64,000 nt of DNA, taken from positions 1-64,000 of the forward strand of contig DATBEM010000025.1 of NCBI GenBank assembly GCA_036276115.1, in the 5' to 3' direction. Of this stretch, positions 18,383-27,386 are shown in pieces. The stretch's first letter is position 1, and each line of letters begins with the position of its first letter. The position numbers and the translations under genes were made by a program. The notes under the pieces are model-generated. The model had not been told where the DNA came from. It saw nothing but the letters and a program-made list of their open reading frames with translations, and did no database searches. The stretch comes from Trebonia sp. (GTDB taxonomy: Bacteria; Actinomycetota; Actinomycetes; Streptosporangiales; Streptosporangiaceae).

Positions 18383-19843
18383 ATGTCCTCCCCCAAGACG
18401 CTGCCAGCCGGCGGTTCCGCCAGCCCGCCCGCGCCCGCGCCGGCCCGGACGGGCCTGGCCCTGACCGTGATCATGGCGGGCGTCCTCATGGCCGCCGTGG
18501 ACACGACGATCGTGGTGCTGGCGCTGCCGGAGATCCAGACCGCGCTGCACGTGCCGCTGTCGTCCGTTGTCTGGGTCATCATCAGCTTCCTGCTGGTCAT
18601 CACCCTGCTGGCCACCCAGGTCGGGCGGCTGGGCGACATGTTCGGCCGGGTCCGGATGTACGAGACGGGGTTCGCGATCTTCGTGCTCGGCTCCCTGCTG
18701 TGCGCGCTGGCGTGGGACGCGGGATCCATCATCGTCTTCCGCATCGTCCAGGGCGTCGGCGGCGCGCTGATCATGGCCAACAGCGGCGCCGTCATCGCCG
18801 ACCTGTACCCCCGCGAGCGGCGCGGCCGGGCCTACGGGTTCACCGCCCTGGGCTGGACCGTCGGCGCGATCCTGGGAGTGGTCCTCGGCGGCCTCATCGT
18901 GACGTACCTGTCGTGGCGCTGGATCTTCTGGATCAACGTGCCGACCGGGATCGCCGCGATCGCGGTCGCCCTGCGGGTGCTGCACGACACCGGCGAGCGG
19001 ACCCGGCAGCGGCTGGACTACCTCGGCATGCTGACGCTCGGCCTCGGCTTGTTCGGCGTGCTGTGGACGATGACCAGGCTGGCATCCCAGCCGCTGGACG
19101 GCCCGCTCATCGGGTACCTGGCCGGCGGCCTGGCGCTGCTGGGGCTGTTCGCCTTCATCGAGAGCCGGGTCGCGGCCCCGATGCTGCCGCTGCGCATCTT
19201 CCGGGTGCCGACGATGGGGGCCTCGCTGCTGGCCTCGCTGTTCCAGGGGCTGGCGTCGTTCGCGGTGCTGTTCCTGGTGCTGATGTACCTGCAGGGGCCA
19301 CGAGGGCTATCGCCCCTGAATGCCTCGCTGCTGCTAGTGCCCGGCTACGTGGCCTCCTCGGGCGTGGGGCTGTACGCGGGGCGCCTGGCCGACCGGTACG
19401 GGCCGGTGCTGCCGGCCACCCTCGGCCTCGCGATCCAGGCCCTGTCCCTGATCGGCTACGCGCAGATGGACCTGGGCACCCCGCTGTGGGTCGTGGTCGT
19501 GCTGGCCCTGGTGAACGGCTGCGGCGCGTCGCTGTTCTTCCCCGCCAACAACTCCGCGATCATGAAGGCGGCCCCGCCGGACATGTTCGGCATCGCCTCC
19601 GGCATGATGCGGACGTTCGCGAACACGGGGATGGTGTTCTCGTTCGCGGTCGCGATCCTCGTCGCGTCCCGGTCGGTGTCGCGCGCGGTGGCGTTCCAGA
19701 TCTTCGTCGGGACCACGTCGCTGCACGGGAAGCTGGCGGCCGACTTCGCCTCCGGCCTGCACGCCGCGTTCTACTACTCGGTGATCTTCATGGTGATCGC
19801 CGCGCTGCTGTCCGCCGTCCGGGCCCGGCCCGGGAGCCGCTAG
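18383..19843 (+). CDS. MFS transporter, DHA2 (14-TMS drug:H+ antiporter, EmrB/QacA-like)
   Basis: MAAVDTTIVVLALPEI…, GRLGDMFGRVRMY motif A, 486 aa with ~14 TM segments; A-rich stretch (gctaaaaaaATG) before the start. Confidence 0.85.
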   Translation: MSSPKTLPAGGSASPPAPAPARTGLALTVIMAGVLMAAVDTTIVVLALPEIQTALHVPLSSVVWVIISFLLVITLLATQVGRLGDMFGRVRMYETGFAIFVLGSLLCALAWDAGSIIVFRIVQGVGGALIMANSGAVIADLYPRERRGRAYGFTALGWTVGAILGVVLGGLIVTYLSWRWIFWINVPTGIAAIAVALRVLHDTGERTRQRLDYLGMLTLGLGLFGVLWTMTRLASQPLDGPLIGYLAGGLALLGLFAFIESRVAAPMLPLRIFRVPTMGASLLASLFQGLASFAVLFLVLMYLQGPRGLSPLNASLLLVPGYVASSGVGLYAGRLADRYGPVLPATLGLAIQALSLIGYAQMDLGTPLWVVVVLALVNGCGASLFFPANNSAIMKAAPPDMFGIASGMMRTFANTGMVFSFAVAILVASRSVSRAVAFQIFVGTTSLHGKLAADFASGLHAAFYYSVIFMVIAALLSAVRARPGSR

Positions 19844-20427
19844 AGCCAGCCATTGCGGATGGCGTCGGCGCCGTCATCGGCCGGGGCGACGCCAAGCTCG
19901 CCCGCGCGGACCTTGTCCAGCATCATCGCCGCGGCGGCGACGATGGCCGGGGCCATGTCGCGCAGGCCCGCCGCGTCGGCCGGGTGGGCGCTGCCTTCCG
20001 GCTCGCCGGCCCGCTTGAGGATGGCGGGCAGGTCCGCCAGCTGCTGGCCGAGCCAGCCGAGCGGGTCCGATGACAGCTCGCGCAGGAACGCCCGCGGCTG
20101 CGGGTCCCAGCTGTCGGGCGAGAATGCCTCGTGGTGATGGGTGCGGTTGTAGCTGCCGGGCTTGCCCTCGACCGACTCCAGCAGGTCGACCCGCCAGATC
20201 GGGCGGGCGGCCGCGATTGGCGTCGCCGAGTAGACGGACCCCTTCAGCTCGCCCCGGTCGAAGGCCCGCAGCTCCAGGCGAACCCCGTGCTCGGGGCCCT
20301 CCTGGCCCTTGAGCGGCTCCGGGTCGAGGAAGTAGAGGTCCCCCACGACCACGCCGACCTGCTCGAACACGAAGGCCTGCAGCATGTGCCCTCCCTTGCG
20401 ACCGCGCGCCAAGATATGTACCGTCAT
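19840..20427 (-). CDS. Hypothetical protein
   Basis: ORF only; protein-like composition; likely true start at internal ATG ~20385 (MLQAFVFEQVG…); downstream of the MaoC gene on the same strand. Confidence 0.4.
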   Translation of the reverse strand: MTVHILARGRKGGHMLQAFVFEQVGVVVGDLYFLDPEPLKGQEGPEHGVRLELRAFDRGELKGSVYSATPIAAARPIWRVDLLESVEGKPGSYNRTHHHEAFSPDSWDPQPRAFLRELSSDPLGWLGQQLADLPAILKRAGEPEGSAHPADAAGLRDMAPAIVAAAAMMLDKVRAGELGVAPADDGADAIRNGWL

Positions 20428-20497
20428 CGATCTTTACTCAGATCGCCCTTGCCCGTCCAGCCCGCGTCGCGGCGCGGGTCACGAATCGGAGGGCCGG

Positions 20498-21013
20498 TCA
20501 CGAATCGGAGGGCCGCGCCAGCACCAGGTTGATGGCGATCAGGGTCATCGCCGTCTCGCCGCCGGCGGTGGTGACCTCGAACCGGGTGCGGACCACGCCC
20601 CGGTCCGGCTTGCTCCGCGACCGCCGCGCCTCCAGCACCGTGGCCCGCACCCGCAGCTGGTCGCCCGGGCGGACCGGGCGCGGCCAGCGGACCTCGTCCA
20701 CGCCCGCCGCGCCGAGGCTCGTCCCCGGGTCCAGGTAGCGTTCCACGACCCGGCGCATCATCAGGCTGATGGTGTGCCAGCCGCTGGCGATGATGCCGCC
20801 GAACGGGCCGGCCGCCGCCGCGGCCGGGTCCACGTGGAACGGCTGCGGGTCGTACTGCCGGGCGAACTCGATGATCTGCGCCTCGTCCACGTCGAAGCCA
20901 CCGCAGTCGATCACGAGGCCGGGGACGTAGTCCTCCAGGTAGCGGACGGGGTGCCCAGGAGCGTCGGTCATCGCGCCAGTATCCCCCCGGCCCGCCTGGC
21001 GCCCGCCGGCCAC
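20498..21013 (-). CDS. MaoC-like (R)-specific enoyl-CoA hydratase / hotdog-fold dehydratase
   Basis: Hotdog motifs (…FARQYDPQPFHVDPAAAAAGPFGGIIASGWHTISL…); start may be the internal ATG at 20971. Confidence 0.75.
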   Translation of the reverse strand: MAGGRQAGRGDTGAMTDAPGHPVRYLEDYVPGLVIDCGGFDVDEAQIIEFARQYDPQPFHVDPAAAAAGPFGGIIASGWHTISLMMRRVVERYLDPGTSLGAAGVDEVRWPRPVRPGDQLRVRATVLEARRSRSKPDRGVVRTRFEVTTAGGETAMTLIAINLVLARPSDS

Positions 21014-21211
21014 CCAGCATGATCACGGGATCGTCACGGCAAAATCTCAGTTTGCCTGCGCACCGCCGGAGAGCCCTGGCATGCTTCCGCAAGAGCGCCC
21101 GGTCGGACTATTTGGCGGTAAATCGCCCCGGCCGGGTCGGCACGAAACGTGCCAGGGCCCGCCGATAGGCATTCGCCGTGTAGGTGGGGGGGAACCGACC
21201 ATGGGGAGACC

Positions 21212-22186
21212 ATGACCGCTGGGAGCACTACGCGCCAGACCGTGAAGCTCAGGCGCCGGGGCCGCCACGCGGCCCCCTCGCAGGTTGAGAAGGTCGCGGC
21301 GCAGGCCGGGAAGGCCGCTCCCGCGGTGGCGATCGCCGGGGCACTCGTCGTGCCCGCCGTGCAGGCAGCGTCGGCGTCAGCCGCCACCCTGCCCGCCGTC
21401 CCGGTCGCCGCCGCCACCAGCACCACCGCCGCGCACCCGGCCGGGCCCGCCGCCACCCTCGACGCCGTCGCGGTCGCCCAGGCCCGCGCGGTCGCGAAGT
21501 CCCCCGCCCAGCGCGCGTACACCGTCCGCGCCGGGGACACCCTGTCGAAGATCGCGAGCCGCTTCTACCACCAGGCCGACGACTGGCAGTACCTGTACCA
21601 GGCGAACGACGCCACGATCGCGAACCCCGACGTGATCCGGCCCGGTCAGCGGATCACGATCCCGGCCAGCCCGCCCGCGCCCGGAACGCCGGCCGGCTAC
21701 CAGCCCCGGCACTCCAAGCCGGCCGGCGCGCCCGCGAGTGCCGTCACGACCACGGCGGTGTCCTCGTCGGCGGGGGCGTCCATGGCCTACTCCGCGTCCC
21801 CGGGGACCGGGGCCACCGGCGGCAGCAAGGCGCACCCGGTCCAGGTGACCCGCCCGAAGCCGCCCGCCCCCCCGGCGCCCCCGTCGGTCGCCCACCTGGC
21901 CCACTACAGCTGCTCCAGCCTGGAGACCCTGTGGAAGTCAGCCGGCGGCAACGCGGCCGACGCGTTCATGGCCGCCGAGATCGCGATGGCCGAGTCCGGC
22001 GGCAACCCGAACGCGCACAGCCCGACCAACGACTACGGCCTGTGGCAGATCAACGGCGTCCATGGCGCCATGGCCACGTACGACCCGGTCAGGAACGCGA
22101 AGGCCGCGATCAGCATCTCCGGCGACGGCTCCAACTGGCGCCCGTGGACCACGTACACCAGCGGCGCCTACCGCGGCAAGTGCTGA
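21212..22186 (+). CDS. Secreted LysM-domain protein with C-terminal lysozyme-like/transglycosylase-like domain
   Basis: LysM (YTVRAGDTLSKIASRFY…IRPGQRITIP); Ala/Pro-rich linker; C-terminus AEIAMAESGGNPNAHSPTNDYGLWQINGVHG resembling Rpf/SLT-type catalytic region. Confidence 0.7.
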   Translation: MTAGSTTRQTVKLRRRGRHAAPSQVEKVAAQAGKAAPAVAIAGALVVPAVQAASASAATLPAVPVAAATSTTAAHPAGPAATLDAVAVAQARAVAKSPAQRAYTVRAGDTLSKIASRFYHQADDWQYLYQANDATIANPDVIRPGQRITIPASPPAPGTPAGYQPRHSKPAGAPASAVTTTAVSSSAGASMAYSASPGTGATGGSKAHPVQVTRPKPPAPPAPPSVAHLAHYSCSSLETLWKSAGGNAADAFMAAEIAMAESGGNPNAHSPTNDYGLWQINGVHGAMATYDPVRNAKAAISISGDGSNWRPWTTYTSGAYRGKC

Positions 22187-22253
22187 CCAGCGCCTGCTGA
22201 TCCAGCCCGCTAGCGCCCGCGCCGCCCGGCGAGCCCGAGGCCGGCCCCCGCCC

Positions 22254-22697
22254 TCACCGGCGGTGGCCGGCCTCGGCGATTCCCAGCCGCGCGAGCTCGT
22301 CGGCCCGCTCGTTGCCGGGGTCGCCGGCGTGCCCCTTGACCCAGGACCACTGCACCTCGTGCGGGCCCATCGCCGCCACCAGGCGCTGCCACAGGTCCAC
22401 GTTCTTCACCGGCTGCTTCGAGGCGGTCTTCCAGCCGTTGCGCTGCCAGCCGGGCAGCCACTTGGTGATCCCGTCGAGCACGTACTTGCTGTCGGTGTAC
22501 ATCCGCACCTGGACCGGGCGGCTCAGCGCCTCCAGCGCCTGGATGGCGGCCATCAGCTCCATCCGGTTGTTCGTGGTGGCCGGGTCCCCGCCGTGCAGTT
22601 CCCGCGCGACGTCCCCGTAGCGCATGATGGCCCCCCAGCCGCCCGGGCCGGGGTTCCCGCTGCATGCCCCGTCCGTGTAGATGACCGCGTCACTCAT
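22254..22697 (-). CDS. rnhA: Ribonuclease H (RNase HI)
   Basis: [19 protein letters not shown]…[10 protein letters not shown]…TDSKYV…[18 protein letters not shown] catalytic DEDD residues; 147 aa. Confidence 0.9.
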   Translation of the reverse strand: MSDAVIYTDGACSGNPGPGGWGAIMRYGDVARELHGGDPATTNNRMELMAAIQALEALSRPVQVRMYTDSKYVLDGITKWLPGWQRNGWKTASKQPVKNVDLWQRLVAAMGPHEVQWSWVKGHAGDPGNERADELARLGIAEAGHRR

Positions 22698-22730
22698 GCC
22701 CGAAAGAGTATTAGCTCCCCGGACGGGCCG

Positions 22731-22778
22731 TGCCGGTTGAAGTCAGTGCCGGTTGAAGTCAGTGCCGGTTGAAGTCTC
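22731..22778. promoter_or_regulatory. 16-bp perfect tandem direct repeat x3 (tgccggttgaagtcag) in the divergent rnhA / PPK2 intergenic region
   Basis: Three head-to-tail copies read directly (third copy ends …gtctc); located 34-80 bp upstream of the rnhA start and ~120 bp upstream of the PPK2 ATG. Confidence 0.6.
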
Positions 22779-22899
22779 GGTGAACGCACGTGACCCGACC
22801 GTGACCGCAGATGGGGTGGTGTGGTCTGCTATTGCCGTGGAAAGAATCGTGCCCTCACCCGACTCGCAGGACCCGGCTGACCAGGAACTGCTCGCCGGC

Positions 22900-23778
22900 A
22901 TGACCGTCGTGGACGACGATGACGACGACCCGGTGCTCTACTGGGCGGACGGGACCCCGGTCGAGACGTGGCGGGAGGACTACCCGTACCCGGAGCGGCT
23001 GGACCGGCCCACCTACGAGCGGGAGAAGCGGCTCCTGCAGATCGAGCTGGTCAAGCTCCAGAACTGGGTCAAGGGCACCGGCCAGCGCATCGTCATCGTG
23101 TTCGAGGGCCGGGACGCGGCGGGCAAGGGCGGCACGATCAAGCGGTTCACCGAGCACCTGAACCCGCGCGGCTGCACCGTCGTGGCGCTGGAGAAGCCCA
23201 GCGAGCGCGAGCGGACCCAGTGGTACTTCCAGCGCTACGTCGGGCACCTGCCCGCCGCCGGGGAGATCGTGCTGTTCGACCGGTCCTGGTACAACCGGGC
23301 CGGGGTCGAGCGGGTCATGGGCTTTTGCACCGACGGGCAGTACCACGAGTTCATGCGCGAGGTGCCGGACTTCGAGCGGCTGCTGGTGACCTCGGGCCTG
23401 CACCTGACGAAGTTCTGGTTCTCGGTCACCCAGGGCGAGCAGCGCACCCGGTTCGCGATCCGCCACGTCGACCCGGTGCGGCAGTGGAAGCTCAGCCCGA
23501 TGGACCTGAAGTCGGTCGGCAAGTGGGACGAGTACACCGACGCGAAGAACGCGATGTTCGCCTACACCGACAAGCAGCACGCCCGCTGGACCGTCGTCAA
23601 GAGCAACGACAAGAAGCGGGGGCGCCTCGAGGCCATGCGCCATGTCCTGTCGAAGTTCGACTACGCGGGCAAGGACACGGGGATCGTCGGCAAGCCCGAC
23701 CCTGAGATCGTCGGGGGGGCGCGGGAGCTCCTGGAGTCGAACGGGACGGAGTTCCCGCCGCTGCAGGGGTTACCGTAG
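22900..23778 (+). CDS. Polyphosphate kinase 2 (PPK2 family, polyphosphate:nucleotide phosphotransferase)
   Basis: Walker A-like GRDAAGKGG, PPK2 lid and motifs (…VVALEKPSERERTQWYFQRY…LFDRSWYNRAGVERVMGF…); start taken at ATG 22900 (MTVVDDDDDDP…); track ORF begins at 22753. Confidence 0.85.
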   Translation: MTVVDDDDDDPVLYWADGTPVETWREDYPYPERLDRPTYEREKRLLQIELVKLQNWVKGTGQRIVIVFEGRDAAGKGGTIKRFTEHLNPRGCTVVALEKPSERERTQWYFQRYVGHLPAAGEIVLFDRSWYNRAGVERVMGFCTDGQYHEFMREVPDFERLLVTSGLHLTKFWFSVTQGEQRTRFAIRHVDPVRQWKLSPMDLKSVGKWDEYTDAKNAMFAYTDKQHARWTVVKSNDKKRGRLEAMRHVLSKFDYAGKDTGIVGKPDPEIVGGARELLESNGTEFPPLQGLP

Positions 23779-23782
23779 CGGC

Positions 23783-24433
23783 ATGGGACCTGGCCCGGCC
23801 GCAACGGCCACCACCGACATCACATCGCCGGAACGACTGCGCGAGATCCTTGGCGGTCTCCCCAGCACCCGCTCGGCGACCAAGGACCACCCCGAGTTGC
23901 ACCCGCTGGAGATGGAGTGGCTGCGGCTGTCGCCGTTCTGCGTCATCGCGACGTCGGACCGCCGGGGAAACTGCGACGCCTCGCCCAAGGGAGACCCGGC
24001 CGGGCACCTCGTGCACGTCATCGACTCGCGGACCGTGGCGGTCCCCGAGCGCAAGGGCAACCGGCGGGCCGACGGCTACCTCAATGTCCTCGACAATCCC
24101 CATGTGGGCATCTTGTCGCTGATCCCCGGCCGCAATGACACGCTGCGGATTAGCGGGCGGGCCCGGCTGGTCAGCGACGCGCCGTTCTTCGACGACCTCG
24201 TCGTGCGCGGGGCGCGGCCGGTGCTCGCGCTGGTGGTGGAGGTCGAGCAGGTCTTCTCGCACTGCGCCAAGGCGTTCATGCGGTCGCGGCTGTGGGACCC
24301 GGCGGCGTGGCCGGAGCCGGATGCGCTGCCCTCGGTCGCCGAGCTGTGCAAGGCGGTCCAGAACCCGGCCGAGACGCTGGAGGAGCTGCAAGCGCACTAC
24401 GAGCCAGGGCACTACGAGACGCTGCTGTACTGA
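23783..24433 (+). CDS. Pyridoxamine 5'-phosphate oxidase-related FMN-binding (split-barrel) protein
   Basis: PNPOx-like family motifs (…LSPFCVIATSDRRGNCDASPKGD…HVIDSRTVAVPERKGNRRADGYLNVLDNPHVGIL…); ATG 4 bp after the PPK2 stop. Confidence 0.7.
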   Translation: MGPGPAATATTDITSPERLREILGGLPSTRSATKDHPELHPLEMEWLRLSPFCVIATSDRRGNCDASPKGDPAGHLVHVIDSRTVAVPERKGNRRADGYLNVLDNPHVGILSLIPGRNDTLRISGRARLVSDAPFFDDLVVRGARPVLALVVEVEQVFSHCAKAFMRSRLWDPAAWPEPDALPSVAELCKAVQNPAETLEELQAHYEPGHYETLLY

Positions 24434-24459
24434 GCGACGCCGTACCGGGTGATACTGCC

Positions 24460-25056
24460 CTAGTCGCGGGCGGCGCTCCACAGGGCCGGGATGGTCAGCC
24501 CGAACTCCAGGAACAAGCGGCGCAGCAGCGGCAGCGAGATCCCGATGACGTTGTTGTGGTCGCCGTCGACCGAGTCCACGAACCAGCCGCCGAGGCCCTC
24601 GATGGTGAAGGCGCCCGCCATCCCCATCGGCTCGCCGGTCGCGACATAGGCGGCGATCTCCGCGTCGTCCGGGGTGCCGAACCGCACGGTCGTGGCGGCC
24701 ACTTCCAACGCCTGCTTCCCCGACGCGGCGTCGATCACGCAGTGCCCGGTGTAGAGGGTGCCGGCCCGCCCGCGCATGTCCCGCCACCGGCGCTCGGCCT
24801 CCGCCGCCGAGCCGGGCTTGCCGAGCGCGGCCCCGTCCAGGTCGAGCATCGAGTCGCAGCCGATGACGAGCCCGTCGTCGAGCGTCGCGGCCACGGCGGT
24901 GGCCTTGGCGGCGGCGAGGACGCCGGTCAGCGCCCCGGTATCGGGCGCGCTGAACGCGTGCTCATCGACGCCGCTGACGATGACGGCGGGACGCAGGCCC
25001 GCCGCCCGCAAGACGGCGAGGCGGGCGGGCGACGCGGAAGCGAGGACGACGCGCAC
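24460..25056 (-). CDS. maf: Maf-like nucleoside triphosphate pyrophosphatase (septum formation protein Maf)
   Basis: [13 protein letters not shown]…[12 protein letters not shown]…LGKP… canonical Maf motifs; 198 aa. Confidence 0.85.
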   Translation of the reverse strand: MRVVLASASPARLAVLRAAGLRPAVIVSGVDEHAFSAPDTGALTGVLAAAKATAVAATLDDGLVIGCDSMLDLDGAALGKPGSAAEAERRWRDMRGRAGTLYTGHCVIDAASGKQALEVAATTVRFGTPDDAEIAAYVATGEPMGMAGAFTIEGLGGWFVDSVDGDHNNVIGISLPLLRRLFLEFGLTIPALWSAARD

Positions 25057-25088
25057 CGTCTGACCTTACACGGGATATAACTAGTGCC

Positions 25089-26000
25089 ATGAGGTTCGGC
25101 CTTGTCGGGACCGGTTACTGGGCCCGCGTGACGCACGCCGCCGCCATCGCCGCCACGCCGGGGGCCACGCTCGCCGCTGTCTGGGGCCGGGACGAGGCGA
25201 GGGCCGCCGCCCTGGCGGCCGAGCACGGCGCTGCCCCGTTCGCGGGCGAGGAGGCGCTGGACGCGTTCCTGGCCTCCGTGGACGCGGTCGCGTTCTCGGT
25301 GCCGCCCGACGTCCAGGCCCCGATCGCCATCCGGGCCGCCCGCGCGGGCAAGCACCTGCTGCTGGAAAAGCCCATCGCGCTGGCCGAGGCGGACGCGGAC
25401 GCGCTCGTCGCCGCGGTGGAGGCCAGCGGAGTCGCCACCGTCGTCTTCTTCACGCTCCGGTTCTTCGGTGAGGTCCGCGCGTGGCTAGCCGACCAGAATG
25501 CCCGCGGCGGGTGGGCCGGCCGGGGCTGGTCCGGGGGCCACGGGGAGTGGCTGGGGTCGATCGCGGACCCCGGCAGCCCCTTCGACACGCCCTGGCGGCG
25601 GGTCAAGGGCGGCTTGTGGGACGTCGGCCCGCACGTCCTGTCGCTGCTGTGGGCGGCGCTCGGCCCGGTGACGGGCGTGCGCGCCGCCGGCGGCCGGGCT
25701 GATCTCACGCACCTGGTGCTCACCCATGAGAGCGGGGCGACCAGCACGGCGACGGTCACGCTGACCGCGCCCCCCGCCGCCGCCGGGACCAGCCTGTACG
25801 TCTGGGGCGAGGCAGGCCGGTCGATCATGCCGTCGACTCCCTGGGACGCGGTCGAGTGCCTGCGCACCGCCCTGGCCGAGCTCCTCGCGAACGCCGCCTC
25901 GGGCGAGGCCGAGCACCCCTGCGACGTCCGCCTCGGCCGCGACATCAACCACGTCCTATCGAGGGCCCAGCACCAGCTGGACCGGGCCGCCCGAGGCTAG
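25089..26000 (+). CDS. Gfo/Idh/MocA family NAD(P)-dependent oxidoreductase
   Basis: N-terminal Rossmann MRFGLVGTGYWA…; EKPIALAEADADALV conserved EKP motif. Confidence 0.8.
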   Translation: MRFGLVGTGYWARVTHAAAIAATPGATLAAVWGRDEARAAALAAEHGAAPFAGEEALDAFLASVDAVAFSVPPDVQAPIAIRAARAGKHLLLEKPIALAEADADALVAAVEASGVATVVFFTLRFFGEVRAWLADQNARGGWAGRGWSGGHGEWLGSIADPGSPFDTPWRRVKGGLWDVGPHVLSLLWAALGPVTGVRAAGGRADLTHLVLTHESGATSTATVTLTAPPAAAGTSLYVWGEAGRSIMPSTPWDAVECLRTALAELLANAASGEAEHPCDVRLGRDINHVLSRAQHQLDRAARG

Positions 26001-26138
26001 GTCGGGTCGCCCCCGGACTGACGCCAGCGAACCGGGCCTGGGACGGCATGTCCCGGGAGGTTCGAGGAGCGTCCGCTAAGCTGGCCGTTTTTGCCAAGCG
26101 GGCGCGGATCGGGGGTACGGGGGTCGCCCCCCGGGAGA

Positions 26139-26609
26139 CTAGAGCAGAGCGTTCTTGCGGCACCATTCGTCGGGGTCGGTGCCCTCGCCGGTGATCGCCG
26201 CCTGCCAGGCGGGCTCGGCCGCGATCGCCTCCGGCACCGAGGCGTACAGCGAGAAGGCGCGGTCCAGGCCGGTGATGCGGAACAGCCGGGAGATCCGGTC
26301 CGGGCTGGACGTGAGGGCAAGCGACCCGTTGCTGGTCCGCAGCCGCTTGTGGCCGCCAACGATGGCCCCGAGCCCCGTCGAGTCCAGGAAGCCCACGTCC
26401 CGCAAGTCAGCGATCACGTGCGACACCCCGTTGCCAATCAGACCCAGCAGTGCCTCCCGGAGGTCGCCCGCGCTAGACACGTCGATCTCACCTCCTACGC
26501 GGATAAGCGCGCATGTGCTGCCGACGGTGATGGTCTCAAGGCTGAGGGGCTGTGGCACGCCATTCTCCGCTATCTGTAAGGGGTTGGTCACAAAACTCTG
26601 AAAGTTCAC
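26139..26609 (-). CDS. STAS-domain anti-sigma-factor antagonist (SpoIIAA-like)
   Basis: STAS fold motifs (…GEIDVSSAGDLREAL…VIADLRDVGFLDSTGLGAIV…); the phosphorylatable Ser is not unambiguously placed. Confidence 0.75.
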   Translation of the reverse strand: MNFQSFVTNPLQIAENGVPQPLSLETITVGSTCALIRVGGEIDVSSAGDLREALLGLIGNGVSHVIADLRDVGFLDSTGLGAIVGGHKRLRTSNGSLALTSSPDRISRLFRITGLDRAFSLYASVPEAIAAEPAWQAAITGEGTDPDEWCRKNALL

Positions 26610-26686
26610 GGTAGAGCATTGGACGAGCGTTGTCGAGGCAATCCCCTTTATGCCTCAGGCTGGCCCGGAGGTTTAGGCTTGCGGCC

Positions 26687-27352
26687 ATGACGAACCCTTC
26701 CCCGGATACCCCCGGCCCCGAGGGCATGCGGGCCTCCGATTCCGACCGCGACCGGGTCGCTGAGGCGTTGCGCGAGGCGGCGGCCGAGGGCCGCCTGTCG
26801 ATGGAGGAGCTTGACGAGCGGCTTGACCAGGTATTCGCGGCCAAGACCTACGCGGAGCTGGCGCCGGTCACCCGCGACCTGCCGGCCGCGGGAGCGAGTC
26901 CGGCGAATGCCGTAAAGCCCGCGACCAGCCCGCAAGGGATAAATAGGTATGGCGGCGCTCCCGGCGGCAATCTCGCGATCGCGATCATGGGGGGATTCAG
27001 CCGCAAGGGCGACTGGGTCGCGCCCGCCGAAATGACGGCGGTCGCGATCATGGGCGGCGGCGAGATCGACATGCGCGACGCCCGGTTCGCCGAGCACAGC
27101 TTCACGATCACCGCGATCGCGATCATGGGCGGCATGGAGATCACGGTCCCCGAGGACGCCAACGTCGTGGTCAACGGGATCGGCATCATGGGCGGCTTCA
27201 ACCACGCGGCCTCCGGCGGCGGCTCGCCCGACGGCCCCCGCATCGTGATCAACGGGTTCGCGTTCTGGGGCGGCGTCGAGGTCAGGCGGCGCCCCCCGTC
27301 GAAGAGGGCGGTCGAGCGCGCCCGCCGCCAGGGCGAGCTGGACGGCGCCTAG
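26687..27352 (+). CDS. DUF1707 (SHOCT-like) N-terminal domain + LiaF-like C-terminal beta-repeat membrane-stress protein
   Basis: SDSDRDRVAEALREAAAEGRLSMEELDERLDQVFAAKTYAELAPVTRDL is the DUF1707 signature; C-terminal repeated IAIMGG motifs resemble LiaF/toast-rack domain. Confidence 0.7.
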   Translation: MTNPSPDTPGPEGMRASDSDRDRVAEALREAAAEGRLSMEELDERLDQVFAAKTYAELAPVTRDLPAAGASPANAVKPATSPQGINRYGGAPGGNLAIAIMGGFSRKGDWVAPAEMTAVAIMGGGEIDMRDARFAEHSFTITAIAIMGGMEITVPEDANVVVNGIGIMGGFNHAASGGGSPDGPRIVINGFAFWGGVEVRRRPPSKRAVERARRQGELDGA

Positions 27353-27386
27353 CGGCGGCGCCCGCCCACGGCCCAGCCCTCGATTG

